The translations under genes were made by a program, and so were the position numbers. A stretch of 64,000 nucleotides of DNA from the NCBI RefSeq assembly GCF_006345805.1, contig NC_042998.1, forward strand, positions 131,006,001 through 131,070,000, given 5' to 3'. Positions 12,464 to 24,919 of this stretch are shown here, in pieces; within the stretch, counting starts at the first letter, position 1, and each line of letters begins with the position of its first letter. Source of the stretch: Octopus sinensis (taxonomy: Eukaryota). The notes under the pieces were generated by a model. That model did not search any database. It saw nothing but the letters and a program-made list of their open reading frames with translations, and had not been told where the DNA came from.

Positions 12464-12561
12464 TAGAAGACATACGCCCAAGGTGTCACGCAATAGGACT
12501 GAACTCGGAAGCATGTCGTTGGGAAGCATGTCTTTTAACTTCACAGCCACGGTTGCACCTG
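12464..12561 (-). mobile_element. SINE family A, degenerate head
   Basis: gaagacatacgcccaaggtgtcacgcaataggactgaactcggaa...cacagccacg is the reverse complement of the family head. Confidence 0.7.
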
Positions 12562-13079
12562 TAAGCCACACCTGTTGGTTTTATGTTCGTTTCGTAACCT
12601 AAAAATTGCTCTCTAAGTTCATACTGTATTATCCTCTATCTCTATAGAACAGGTTGTTTTTAGGAAAGCTTCATAACATTTTAAAAGATCCGGCCTTTTA
12701 GGTCCTGTACATGAATGAAGAGCCACTAATCTGAATATACTATCACCTCATGTCTAAGAATAACAAACAATCATTCACATCTAGGAAGATCGTGCTCATT
12801 TCTAGACTTGTATCTTTGAGGTCGAGGAGGTGAAGATGTAGAGCATATGGTCTAGCGGTTGGATAGCGAGATTTGTGTTTCAGAAATTTTGTTTTCTCTC
12901 ATGGTCCCCACAGCATGAGTTAATGACCGGAGGTAGTTGAACTGGTCTCCCTGCTCTCACGCCGTCTGTAAATCCCATGCATATGTACCTCCCATTCTAC
13001 AGACATCAACTTTTCTTCTTCCTATCAGTACATCAATGTTCTTACAACTTTTTTGTCCAGAAAAAGAAAAAAAAATACA

Positions 13080-13250
13080 TTTCACAAACAACGGTACAAC
13101 AAAACTTTTCTTAAAGTAATTACCAAAAATTTGCTAACCGATCATAAATATCATAAGCTGTTCAGTACGAACAAAACTAAAGATAGATACGACACGAAAA
13201 GGAGCGTAAACTTCACTATAATATCTATAAATATCCAAATATCTAGAAAC
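13080..13250 (+). pseudogene. Penelope-like element ORF remnant (RT to GIY-YIG linker)
   Basis: FLKVITKNLLTDHKYHKLFSTNKTKDRY...IISIN resembles the FLxLIxKHFPxxHKxHKxFNRNTxKxSYSCMPNMxxII motif of PLE proteins. Recognised by eye. Confidence 0.5.
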
Positions 13251-13894
13251 CGTCGAACGAAAATAGATGGAATAGTATACCCTGTTTACGGACGAAAATA
13301 CAAGTTAAATATAAATATGCTTACTAAACAGAAGAAATGAGATTATCCAATGCTACCGTCATGAGAAGAAACTCAGTTAAAGACATGACAAAAGTGAAGT
13401 ACCTCTCTCAAGAGAAACAAAAACGACAAGAGTGGGGGCACAAAGCCTGTCTGGGAGCCTGAGGATGTAGATTATTTGTAATGAGTCAATATGCTCATCT
13501 TTCGAATACGAGAGAGGATTTTTTGCATGTAAACATTCATACACAGACAGACACATACACACAGACACACACACACACACTTCTTAGAGAGAAGGAACGA
13601 GGAAGATAGATAGGAGAAAGAGATATACGGGATAGGAACAGGGAGATATATACATAAATATATACACACATATGTATATATATATATATATATATATACA
13701 TATATATGTGTGTGTGTGCGTGTGTGTATACATACATGTCTGTATGTACACACACAGATGTATACAAACACAAACATACACATAAAAACATGTAAATACA
13801 TACATATGTATATAGATATATATATGCATATATATGTATATATATATATATGCATATATACACACATATATATACATAAATATATACATATATA

Positions 13895-14201
13895 TATCAC
13901 GTGATCACGTGACCGACCAGACCATCAGACGTTGTTACACATCGCTGGTCACAATGCGTTCGCATTGTTTTATCCTTCGAATGACGCCACCCCGCTGGCT
14001 AAGTGAGCAGGCCAACAGAAAAAAGAGTGGGAGAAAGAGTGGTAAAAGAAGAGTACAGCAAGGATCACCACCCCCTGCCGGAGCGTCGTGGAGCATTTAG
14101 GTGTTTTCGCTCAATAAATGCTCACAACGCCCGGTCTGGGAATCGAAACCGCGATCCTACGACTGCGAGTCCACCACCCTAACCACTGGGCTATTGCGTC
14201 T

Positions 14202-14203
<2 letters not shown>
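13895..14203 (-). mobile_element. tRNA-derived SINE family E, full-length
   Basis: Minus strand begins ggagacgcaatagcccagtggttagggtggtggactcgcagtcgtaggatcgcggtttcgattcccagacc (A and B boxes) and ends gtcggtcacgtgatcacgtgata. Degenerate related fragments follow at about 14268-14545. Confidence 0.85.
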
Positions 14204-14259
<56 letters not shown>

Positions 14260-14979
14260 TATATAAAATTATCAGATGTTCTTATACACCATTGGTCACA
14301 ATGCACTTCCTCATAGTATTGTATTGTAGCTTTTGAATGATGCCACCTCGTGGACTAGCTGAGCAGCCAACCGTTTTTCCTGATCACTACTTAGGTCCGT
14401 TTTAGTACTATTCATTTACAACTGAGTGGATTGAGCAACGTAAAATGAAGTGTTTTTGCTCAAGAACATGATGCATCGACGGTACAGAAATCGAAATCAT
14501 GATATTGCCATCTTGAGTGCTATATGCGAACCACTAGATCTTCACACACACCTGCGCACACAAACACACTCACACTCATTCACTCACTCACTCACGCACT
14601 CATTCACACGTAGTAATTATAACGATAGAGAATATGGAGAACGGCACTGGCTCAAAATATATTTCCTATTATTTTACGGTGAGTCATACATCATATTTTT
14701 ATAGTTAGGACGACCTACACGTGTTTCCGTTGCATAGGTTATGAATAGTAGCATATGCAACTAGAAATATGGAAATACTTACTGTGCAGCTTCGTTCAAG
14801 ATCTTTCAACAAGCTTGTTTTGAAACTTACACACACGCACACACACGCACGCACATAAATACATATATACACATATATATGTATGTACGTATGTGTGCCT
14901 GTATAAGTATATATATATATATATATATATATACATACACACACATATATCTTTTTTCTTTCTATCTATCTAACCTATC

Positions 14980-15046
<67 letters not shown>

Positions 15047-15084
15047 ATATATTATATATATATATATATATATATCTATAATAA

Positions 15085-15460
15085 TATTAATAGGGAGAGT
15101 TTACGAAAAAACAAAAGACGAAGACAGGTGATGTACAAAAAACAAACAGATGTATTAACATAACGCCTCAGGAATAGAAAAAAGTCTTTTACGTTTCGAG
15201 CCTACGCTCTTCTACAGAAAGAGACTCAGAAAAAAAACAAGGAGAGAAACAAGGAAAGAAAAGAAATGTATGTAGTGGCTAACAAAGAGAAAACACAACA
15301 ACGCGAGAACGTGGAACAAGTAGAGTTTTATTGGACGCTCAGTAAAGGAAAAAAAGAAGCAGGATGTAACGTTTCGATCGGAGCTTTTCGTCAAAATCAT
15401 AGAAAAAAGAAGGTTCAAGGAAAGGAAGACGGAGAAAGAAAATCGCCAACGATACACACG
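15085..15460 (-). mobile_element. Two adjacent PLE-type short repeats, each with a hammerhead motif (15186-15221 and 15364-15400)
   Basis: CUUU-CUGUAGA-A-GAGC GUAG GCUC-GAAAC GUA-AAAG and a degenerate UUGACGA-A-AAGC UCC GAUC-GAAAC GUU. Homologous to 25640-25885, 39120-39275 and 5604-5810. Confidence 0.6.
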
Positions 15461-15989
15461 CGGTCACATATTGAACATACACACACACACACACACACAC
15501 AAAAACACACACACACACATGGTCGTTCGCAAAAGGCGTTAAGGAATACAAATTATACTCTTAAAGCGGTTCAAAGCATGCGTAGGCGTAAATTTTTGAA
15601 ATAGCCCAAAGCAAGCATTCATAAAATTTTATAACCAGAGGAGTCCCTCCTACAATAACTCGCTGATCATTTAGTTATGGTTAATAATCTTTAAATAAAT
15701 CAACAATGAAATCGCATCCAATATTATAAAGTAGAAACGATAAAAATAATGTTGAACAGTCAGCACCGCATGCGTAGTGCTGACGAATGGTTTTAAACTT
15801 AATGAGCAAAACAAATTAAAAGACTAAAAGAGGGTTCTTTGATATGAGCTTAAACATGATCGCTAAAACAAACTTCAGAATTAACAAAATGAATTCCACA
15901 TTTGCATGCGAAAATGCTCGTACTTATGTGCATGTGTGTTTTTGTATGTATATTTGTATATGTATGTATTTATGTATGTGTGTGTATGA

Positions 15990-16034
<45 letters not shown>

Positions 16035-16954
16035 TAAGCGATTATCTCCCTTACACCGGAAGAAATCACTCACTACCTCCCCTTATTTAGAAATCTCCTG
16101 TCAATAAACACAACGATAGCTCCATGCAATATAAACATAACGTCACAAGAAATTTGAAAAGCTACACGCGAAACCGGTAATTTCTTTAAAAATTTTAAAA
16201 TTATGTCATTCTAAGGAAAGGAAAAAATTTTTTCCAATATTCTCCAGACATTTTGACACAAATATATATATTTTTTAACATTTAAGCCTTCTGTCGTTTT
16301 TTCAGACTTTACTATTTTCTTATATATATATATATATATTTATATAATTATAATGTACTCATACATATATGTATTTATAATAAACACGAAAATGTGTGTG
16401 TGTGAGTGTTTGTGTGTGCCTGGTAGGGGCCGCAACACCTGAGGTAGTGGTTGAAGCGTTAATATGATATACTAAATCTTGAATATTTGAAGCATGGCGG
16501 TGTCCATCCTTCTTCAGGTTCGATCACAGCCGATTTTGATTTTGAGACCGCGCTCGAGAGACAAACAGGTGAATTAATGCAGTCTCTACCCCTATACTGG
16601 AATGGCAATTTCTTTATCTAAATCGAAAAGATGAAAGGCAAATTTAACCTAGGTGCTATTTTGAACTCAGAGCGTAGGCAGTTTTAATTCAGAGCGCAGG
16701 AGCTTTGACTACTCTACCACATCAAAGCTTTATATTTATATATGCATGTATGTACGTACATACATACATACATACATACATACATACATACATACATACA
16801 TACCTGCATACTTACACATGTATTAAAGTTAGTATGTGTATTAATGCCTGTGTCTGTATATGTATGTCTGTGTATATGTATGCTTGCTGGAATGTACGTT
16901 TGTATACGAGGAAACAGATGCTGCCACAATATATATACATGTAAGTGTGTGTAT

Positions 16955-17135
16955 GTAGAGAGAGAGAGGGAGAGAGAGAGGGAGAGGGAAAGGGAGGGGA
17001 GAGAGAGGGAGAGAAATGGGAGACAGGGATAGAGAGGGGTAAGAGCGGGAGAGAGAAGAGGGGAGAGAAAAGGGTAGAGAGAAGAGGGGAGAGCGAATGG
17101 GAGAGAGAAGAGGGGAGATAGAGGGGGAGAGAGAT
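16955..17135. repeat. Polypurine (GA-rich) tract
   Basis: Almost exclusively G and A on the plus strand. Confidence 0.9.
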
Positions 17136-17512
17136 ATTTCATAGAATACATGAGAATCTAGGCAGATCAATACGTAGTACGCAAGAAATAGTTACGTACA
17201 ATAACAACGGTTTCAGAGTGAGGTACAACAGTTATGAAGTTATCAGGTGCTGGTAGGATACTATGTAAGGACCAAATCTTATCTAGACCGTAGATCCGAC
17301 TCAGGGCTGGTTCTAAGTGGTGCGTAGATATAAAAATGAATAAAAGTGAGGTTTAAAACTTACTACAGCTATTTCTGTAGAATTTATTGGTGTATCTATA
17401 GATTGCATCATAGAATGTAATCCACCATTTACAGGTAAACTATAAACAGGTATAAACATATGAAATAATATATTGATGATGACGAATCCAACCAATATAC
17501 ATACACACATAC

Positions 17513-17563
<51 letters not shown>

Positions 17564-17949
17564 TGTGCGTGTGTGTGTGTGTGTGTGTGGTGTGTGTGTG
17601 TGTGTGTGTTGTGCTTGTGTGTGTATATAACAAAAGTGGGAGTACATTTCCACGCAGGAAAAAATTTGAGTAAATTTGTTCTTGAAATGCACCTAAATTT
17701 GGAAAAATTTGTAATTGCTTAAAATTAATTTATTTACATATATATAAAACTAGTTTCAACAATATGTTTTGTTTATCAATGGTAAAAATTTAGAATTATA
17801 AATTAGAAAAACATGTTCAAAAGTTTCAATGTTGACAAATTAAAATGTTCATAACAGTCAAATTTAGAATTGTGAATTAGAAAGACATGTTCAAAAATTT
17901 CGATGTTGACGAGATGAATATCAAAAGAGTCTCAGTTATACTGAATTAA

Positions 17950-18780
17950 GAGCGGGGAAAAAACAAGGGAGAAATGAAGAAATTTCTCTGATCCGCATTC
18001 CGTCGTATGTAGGAACTTTCGCTTGTAACAGTTTGTTTTGGAATCTACTGTATTTATACTTTTTTTTCCGCCAGCGGATCTGATTTTAGATTCGTTAAAA
18101 TATTGGTGATGTCTTGGTTTTCCGGTGGTCAAGTTTGTCGTTCTGCCTAGTTGAATTTCGTGTGGGAAACGGTCATCAGTCGTTCCATTTGGTTGATTCT
18201 TTTAAAGGGTCATTTGTGTGTATTTGCTGAAGTTCGGTTTTGATAAGTCGGGTAGGTGACGTCAGCAACTAGTGTTTGTAAAATTTCATTGGTCTAGAGA
18301 TAGGTGACGTCAGCAACTGGTGTTTGTATGGTGATTTGGAGTTGCGGTTTCAAAACCCGGGTGGAGAGCTGTTACTAAAGTTTTTAAAATTGTTTGTTGT
18401 TCCTTTATTTGTATGTGTGTGGAGAAATTGAGCCTTTTACACTTTAGTGGGGTTTTTTCTAAAGGATATTCAGCTGTATATATATATTTTTTAATGAGTA
18501 TGCTTCCCTTATTTAAACGGAATTTGGTTGAAGTGTTTCCGGTGCATTGATAGACAGGGAAGATTTGGTATTTCGGTTATTGGTCTAGGTGTTTGTTTAT
18601 AGGAATTTTCCTACTCGTAGGGTCCCGGATATTTTGCCTGTGCTTCGTTAATCTGTCCCTCAAGGTTAAACTAGTTTGACCTATGTAGTCTCCACCACAC
18701 CCTCCACTTTTGAGAGCATAGATTAAGTTCTTCGAAGCATAGGTGAAGTGATTTTTTAATATCTTAATTTTTCTTTTTTC
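17950..18780 (-). pseudogene. Penelope-like element 3' remnant with GIY-YIG endonuclease
   Basis: Minus strand from 18750 translates HFTYASKNLIYALKSGGCGGDYIGQTSLTLRDRLTKHRQNIRDPTSRKIPINKHLDQ*PKYQIFPVY: LIY...YIGQT and R..H motifs with an in-frame stop. The left boundary is approximate. Confidence 0.8.
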
Positions 18781-19297
18781 CCTTTATTCCTATCTTCAGG
18801 GGTTTTATTATTTTCTTTTTATTTTGCAGTTTTTACTAATTTTCTCCCTTCCTTTCTCTTTCATTCTTTCTTTCTCTCCTCTTCTTTCTCTTCCTTTTTT
18901 TCTCTTTATTTCATTCCTTTCTTCCTGTTTTCAATTTAACCATACTAATATACTCCCTATTTCTAGGTCATTTTAAACACAAGCCTTTGACTCTGCAACA
19001 CTGTATATAAATTCCCTGCTGGGAATTATCAAGTTTAAAAATCTGCTGGATCTCACTCATAAGGGAATCTTACATTACTTATAAACTCTATATTTGGAAG
19101 GACTCATATTAAACTCTGTTGGACTTTTGGATTTTACTCAAAGGATTTTGGAATATTGCATATATACCATTATGCCTATAAAACGGATTTACAACTTCAA
19201 TACCCATAGGTATCTTACATCTATTTTCTTTCCTCCACCCCACTCTCTATTTTTTATCACATCTAAACTAACTATGGCTTAATTTTCCTCTCACACC

Positions 19298-19349
19298 GTC
19301 TCCGATGAAAGGATATTATTAATTATTATCCTAGAAACAGCTGTAAGAC
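19298..19349 (+). ncRNA. Minimal hammerhead ribozyme, CCGAUGA variant
   Basis: GUCU-CCGAUGA-A-AGGAUA...UAUCCU-A-GAAAC AGCU GUA-AGAC. Stem I 4 bp, stem II 6 bp, palindromic stem III (ACAGCUGU). Confidence 0.7.
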
Positions 19350-19487
19350 CTTCTATCTATATATAATCGATAAGGAACAGAAGATCAATTTGGTATAACT
19401 CTTTTGTACAACGATCGTTTCGAACCAAAAGGTTGCCCAAATCATGCCAGCGCTTTACTCAAGAATACAAATTGGTATATACCCATT

Positions 19488-19814
19488 AAAGACCCCCTTC
19501 GGTCATGAATGACCATGGGATTGCACCTAGAAAGTTACCCTCCTAGACACAAGTCCGGGCAAGGTTGTTTATGGAAGACCAGCAGTCGCCCATGCATACC
19601 GGCCTCCCCTCTCCACGCCACCAGTGTTATCCAAGGGAAAGACAAAGGTCGATACAGCTTGGCGCCTGTGACGTCGCAACTCATTTCTACAGTTGAGTGA
19701 ACTGGAGCAACGTGAAATAAAGTGCCTTGCTCAAGAACACAACACGCAGCCCGGTCCGGGATTCGAGCTCACAACCTCACGATCGTAAGCCCGACGCTCT
19801 AACCACTGAGCCAT
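19488..19814 (-). mobile_element. tRNA-derived SINE family D, full-length
   Basis: Minus-strand head tggctcagtggttagagcgtcgggcttacgatcgtgaggttgtgagctcgaatcccgg (A and B boxes); tail ...catggtcattcatgaccgaagggggtcttt. Confidence 0.85.
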
Positions 19815-20310
19815 AGTCTATATATATATGTGTGTGTGTGCGTGTGTGCGTGTATATATATATATATAAATACATAGGCATACTTATGTGGAGGAGAGAG
19901 CGGAGGGAGAGAACGAGAGAGACAGAGAGAAAGCTGATGGAGAGAAAGAGAGAGAGAGAGCGCGCGAGATGTGAATGACTGACAAACATATGTGTAAGGA
20001 ATGCATTGTATGAAAAACTGAATATGCAATTTACAAGATATAAGCAGATAATATCTTTACAACTGTTTCAAATGATCAGTGCATCATAATAATACGTATG
20101 ACTTAAACAGGTGTAATACTGAGACAATATTATTAACAAAAATGAACAAAAATTATATGAACTATTATGAATCTTCATAGGGGAGTACTTTCTTTGGGGC
20201 TAATTTACGATATTTTTTTTCAGAAGACCAACGACATATTCGATCTCTCTCAGAACTACTTGGTCCATATTTGCACTAAAACGTAAACCCCCTGCCTTTC
20301 TCTCTCTCTG

Positions 20311-20349
<39 letters not shown>

Positions 20350-21209
20350 GTATGTCTGCCTCTCTCTCTCTCTCTCTCAGCCTGTCTGTCTCACTCTCTG
20401 TATATATATATATATATATATATAGAGATATATAGCTATACATATATACATACATAGAGAGAGAGAGAGAGAAAGAGAGAAAGAGAAGGAGAGAGTGAGA
20501 TGCGCATGTCTTCATCTGTCTCTGTATGTAAGTTTGTATGTGTTCATGAAGTTTGTATGCGTTCAATATTTAAATTTGCTTTTCTGTGTTACGGTCTTTA
20601 CGTAAAAGAAAAAAGTGGAAGAAAAAAATCAGGTGAATGACGTTATAAACGGTTATCAATTACAAAGTTTCTGACACTTTCGAACAAATTGACACGCCCA
20701 CATTTATGTAAATGAACTAACAGAAAGAACAGGAAATTGAAATATATATAGAAAAAATCTTATAACGTATCAGGACCTGAATTGAATGGATCTTCTTTTT
20801 TTTTTGTTGTTTTTTTACAGCTTAGTTTTGTGATTTCTGTTTGTATTTTTTGTTTCTTTTTTTATGTTAACTTGTAAACTTTACCAGAGTTGTTTTTCTT
20901 TTCATTTTATCTTTTTATTTCTTTCTTTTTGTTTTCGTTTCGCTACTCACCTTTCACTATCTTTTAGCATTTTTCAACGCAACTACCTGTCAGCATGAAC
21001 AAAGAACCATACTGCTGCTACTGCTGCTGCTGCTGTCACTACTACTACTACTACTACTACAAATCCTAGTCGTATCAAATCAACAAGAATGCAAACGTTG
21101 TGCAAACTCACAGCCTGCAACGGTTACAACGAACTCGCACCTCCAAAGATTTGACTACCACCACATAACAACCTTATAATCTTTGTCTTTTCCAGTGTCA
21201 TCTGCTCGT

Positions 21210-21255
<46 letters not shown>

Positions 21256-21259
<4 letters not shown>

Positions 21260-21578
21260 AGGCGCGTCGCTTAGTGGTTAGGGATTAAGGCTCACGATCG
21301 TAAGGTCCTGAGTTCAATTCCTGGCGATGCGTTGTGTCCTTGAGCAAGACACTTTATTTCGCATTGCTCCAGTCCACTCAGGTGGCAAAAATGATTAATA
21401 CCTGTACTTCAAAGGGCCAGCCTTGTCACACTCTGTATCACGCTGAATCTCCCCGAGAATTACGTTAAGCGTACACGTGTTGTAGAGTGCTCAGCCACTG
21501 CATGTTGATTTCACGACTAAGCACTTCCATTGATTGTACCAGCTGAGACCCTCGTCGTCGTAACCGACGGAGAGTTCC
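21256..21578 (+). mobile_element. tRNA-derived SINE family C, full-length
   Basis: gcttagtggttaggg...gagttcaattcc head; body ttcaaagggccagccttgtcacactctg shared with 26601-26700; flanked by (TA)n on both sides. Confidence 0.85.
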
Positions 21579-21590
21579 TATATATTATAT

Positions 21591-21625
<35 letters not shown>

Positions 21626-22504
21626 TAATTATATATATATATATATATACAGAGAGAGATGGACATAAATGTCGTATAAATCAGTGAATTTCTACAAAGA
21701 AGCTAGCTACAAATCAGTGCTTTACGAAAACCTAACCACCCACTATCCAAGATTAATATATTCCTGTTCGAAATTTTGACACCTCTTAAACTTGCGACCT
21801 TGACCAATATTTTCTAAAGTTCTCAGGATGTTAGCATTTATCTTGACGTAAATCACCTCACACATCACGCAACTCGAGTTTCTTTGAAAAACAACGAAAA
21901 TCTTACCTTAGCACAAAACAGTTTATTTCATTTTTTGTGACCAATGAGAGAAAAACAAACAAAATCCTAACCGCATAATAATTTGCCAGGAATAAAATGG
22001 CAGTGAGATCCTCATATTGGAATTTGCAGTTAGATCTTCATATTGGAATTTGCAGTTAGTCAAATCTATCCCAAATATACTTCATAAAACAGTGGTATGT
22101 TACTGAGGTATGTGAGATGGTTTCCTCGTCTACGTCACATTTTGTATACACCAAACTGTTCGTAATGTTATGTCTGTACAACTTATCATAAACAAGGATG
22201 GTAATAACAATTCAAGAATTGTGTACCTTATAGTTCAACCTGTTTCGCGTAGCAGTCAAATGACTGTGTTTACAGAGTATCAATTTACAGTTAAGTACTT
22301 CAAAACAACGAGTAAGTCATGACGCAGTAAAACAGACAAACGTCTATCAAATCTTACACTATACTCTATAAAAAAAAGATACGGAACATTGAATCTTCTA
22401 GTCACAAGTACAAAACTTCTGATAAAGAAAAGACACCACCATCGTGTCTTCCTTGCTACCCTCAAAGGACGATGGACAGAAACATCAATAACAATATTAG
22501 AATT

Positions 22505-22625
22505 CATCTTTTAAGGCCTGGTACTACGTCTATGGGTCAATTTTGCTGACAGTTAAGTTACGGTGACAAAAATAGGCAAGAGCGGTTGTTAAGCGACGTG
22601 GAGATGACAAATACACGCGCGCGCA
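22505..22625 (-). mobile_element. SINE family A, degenerate 3'-half fragment
   Basis: aaggcctggtact...ttttgctgacagttaagttacggtgac...ggttgttaagcg followed by (CA)n. Confidence 0.55.
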
Positions 22626-22646
22626 CACACACACACAAGCACACAC

Positions 22647-22690
<44 letters not shown>

Positions 22691-23009
22691 TATATATGCA
22701 ATAAAGGGTGGAATATAATTAATTTAATAAAATTAATCAATTTCACCTAGTAGATTTATCGGTATGGAAAAGACCATATTTGGTAAGATATATATATATA
22801 TATATATATGTATAAAAATATGGGACAAGAACGCAAAACATTAAATAGACGATACAAAAAACGGACGGGTCATTCGAAGCCTCTAATCTTCAGTCAAGAA
22901 CCGGATCATCCCGCAATTTCGGCTGATTACTCTTGAGATTGATATATATATGTATGTATGTATGTATGTATATATATATGTATATATGTATATATGTATA
23001 TATGTATAT

Positions 23010-23119
<110 letters not shown>

Positions 23120-23280
23120 CAGACACACACATATATATATATATATATATATGTGAACTTTATTGCTCACAACGTTCGTTTCCACCCATCCTGCATCGAT
23201 CTCTCACAAGTGGGTTACTATACAAATAGTTTTGGCGAATTCTTCGCTTCTGTTAAACACGATATTTTAATGATTTAGAC

Positions 23281-23966
23281 ATATTTTAAAGTGAAAATGA
23301 CTTCAAAAATACGGTAAATATTTCATAAAAGACACGTTTGTAACCTAGGTGTGAAATAATTTTTTTCCATGGGATTTTTTGGAGTACATTCAGCGTATCT
23401 CACCTCCATGCATTGGGCTGCTATTTCTAGAACGCCCTGACACCACCTAACAGCTATTTGCGATAAAGGACCTGAAATACCTATTACGTGGTAGCAGGGC
23501 GTGCAAGAAACAGCAGCAAATTTTCCCTTTTCTGAGAAAAGGAGTTGTTTACAGTTGATTTCGACGTCATATTCAGTGCATTTGATGGGCAAAATATTTT
23601 AAAGTGAAAAGGACATTAAAATTAAAGTAAATATTTCGTAAAGATCCGTTCGTACCCTCAGTGTGAAATAGTTTTCCCATAGGTTTCTTTCGAGTGCATT
23701 CAACGCATCTCACCTCCAAAGATTTGGCTACCACCACATAACAACCCTATTTGCAATAAAGGACCGGATATACCTGTTACGTGGTAGCAGGGTGTGCAAG
23801 AAAAAAAGCTGTCAAATCTGAGGAAAGGAGCCATTTACGCGTGATTTCGATGTCACATTCGTTGAAACCATGTGAAATAACATGGAACAGAAAAAATTAC
23901 CCACGAAACACCGTTGCTGAGAAACCCAGACTATCTCGGTGACCCAACGGGTCACGGGTAGTCTAG
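23281..23966 (+). mobile_element. Probable non-autonomous Helitron with internal 313-bp tandem duplication
   Basis: Two diverged units begin at 23281 and 23594. The 3' end has a perfect GTGACCC-AAC-GGGTCAC hairpin (23939-23955) then CTAG|T (23963-23967). The 5' end was not located. Confidence 0.55.
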
Positions 23967-23980
23967 TAAATATATATATA

Positions 23981-24057
23981 TACTTTTACTTGCTTCAGTC
24001 ATTTCGCTGCGGCCATGCTGGAGTACCGCCTTTAGTCGAGCAAATCGACCCCAGGAC
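23981..24057 (-). mobile_element. SINE family A, 5'-truncated 3' end
   Basis: cttttacttgcttcagtcatttcgctgcggccatgctggagtaccgcctttagtcgagcaaatcgaccccaggac. Confidence 0.8.
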
Positions 24058-24164
24058 AGCCAGAATCATTAGCATGCTCAGTGGCATGTCTTTGCCATCT
24101 GATTTTAAATCCCGCCAAGATCGACTTCACCACCGAACTTCGGAGGCGGTAGACTAACTAGTAC

Positions 24165-24559
24165 TATCTTATCTTTTACTTGTTTCTGTCAGTAGACTGC
24201 GACCGTGCTAGAGCACTGCTTTGAATGTTTTTCAGTCTCAAGTATCGACCCCAGTACTTTTTATTTAAAGCCAGGTACTTATTCTATCTGTCCCTTTTGC
24301 CGAGCTGCTAAGTTACGAGGAAGCAAATACACGAACATCGGTTGTCAAGCGGTGGTGGTTGGACAAACACAGACACAAACACAAACACGCACAGACACAC
24401 ATACACATACACACATATATATACCAAATCCACTCACAATGCTTTAGTCAGCCCGAGGCTATAGTAGAAGACACTTGCCCAAGGTGCCATACAGTGGGAC
24501 TGAACGAAGAACCATGCGATCGGAAACAAGCTTCTTATCTCACAGTTATGCCTGCACCT
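24165..24559 (-). mobile_element. SINE family A, full-length with short internal (CA)n
   Basis: Both halves are present around a ~60-bp CA/TA spacer. Confidence 0.85.
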
Positions 24560-24702
24560 AGCTAAACACTGTGGTCGGCAAAATCAATTGGCCACACCAA
24601 GAACTTACTAGCCTCTTGGCAAAGATTTCAAATAAATGTGTGTGTGTGTGGTTCCATAAAATTTGATGAATGAATTTGTTAACAACTTGTGACTGATTTA
24701 TA

Positions 24703-24919
24703 CGTGGGGGTGCTGAAACGTTTCTCAAATTAAGGGTCACGTGAAAGGTCTGGATGGAGGCCAAAATTTCCGAGTTCTTTTGCAGGGCTTAGAAAAAGTG
24801 AAGGGTACTACAATAAGTGTGTGAATCTGAGAGGTGAACATGTTGAATAAGATCATAATTAACTGATCCTCTTGTATTTTCTTTTACTCAAAGCCAGGAA
24901 CTTTTCAGCACCCCTCCTG
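24703..24919 (+). mobile_element. Mariner internal-deletion derivative (MITE-like)
   Basis: TA|CGTGGGGGTGCTGAAACGTTTC at left and GAACTTTTCAGCACCCCTCCTG|TA at right. The interior encodes NKCVNLRGEHVE*, like the mariner C-terminus WEKCITLGGSYVEK at 48103-48150. Confidence 0.75.

Noticed and set aside
13053-13340. 95-aa Lys-rich ORF as a host gene
   Set aside because: TTG start in A-rich sequence; the only recognisable part resembles a PLE linker remnant.
17786-17911. Two ~50-bp AT-rich direct repeats
   Set aside because: Ordinary short local duplication with no further structure.
18150-18190. CUGAUGA...GAAA on the minus strand in the PLE 3' region
   Set aside because: Weak stem II and no GUH or stem I complement found.
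18255-18330. Two TGACGTCA (CRE) palindromes
   Set aside because: They come from a ~50-bp duplication inside the PLE remnant; there is no evidence of promoter function.
21256-21330. tRNA gene
   Set aside because: A and B boxes are present but the sequence runs directly into a SINE body and the cloverleaf is degenerate. The same applies to the other SINE heads.
22864-22900. CUGAAGA motif on the minus strand in a PLE-like short repeat
   Set aside because: The GAAA and stem III geometry is non-standard; it cannot be supported without a family consensus.
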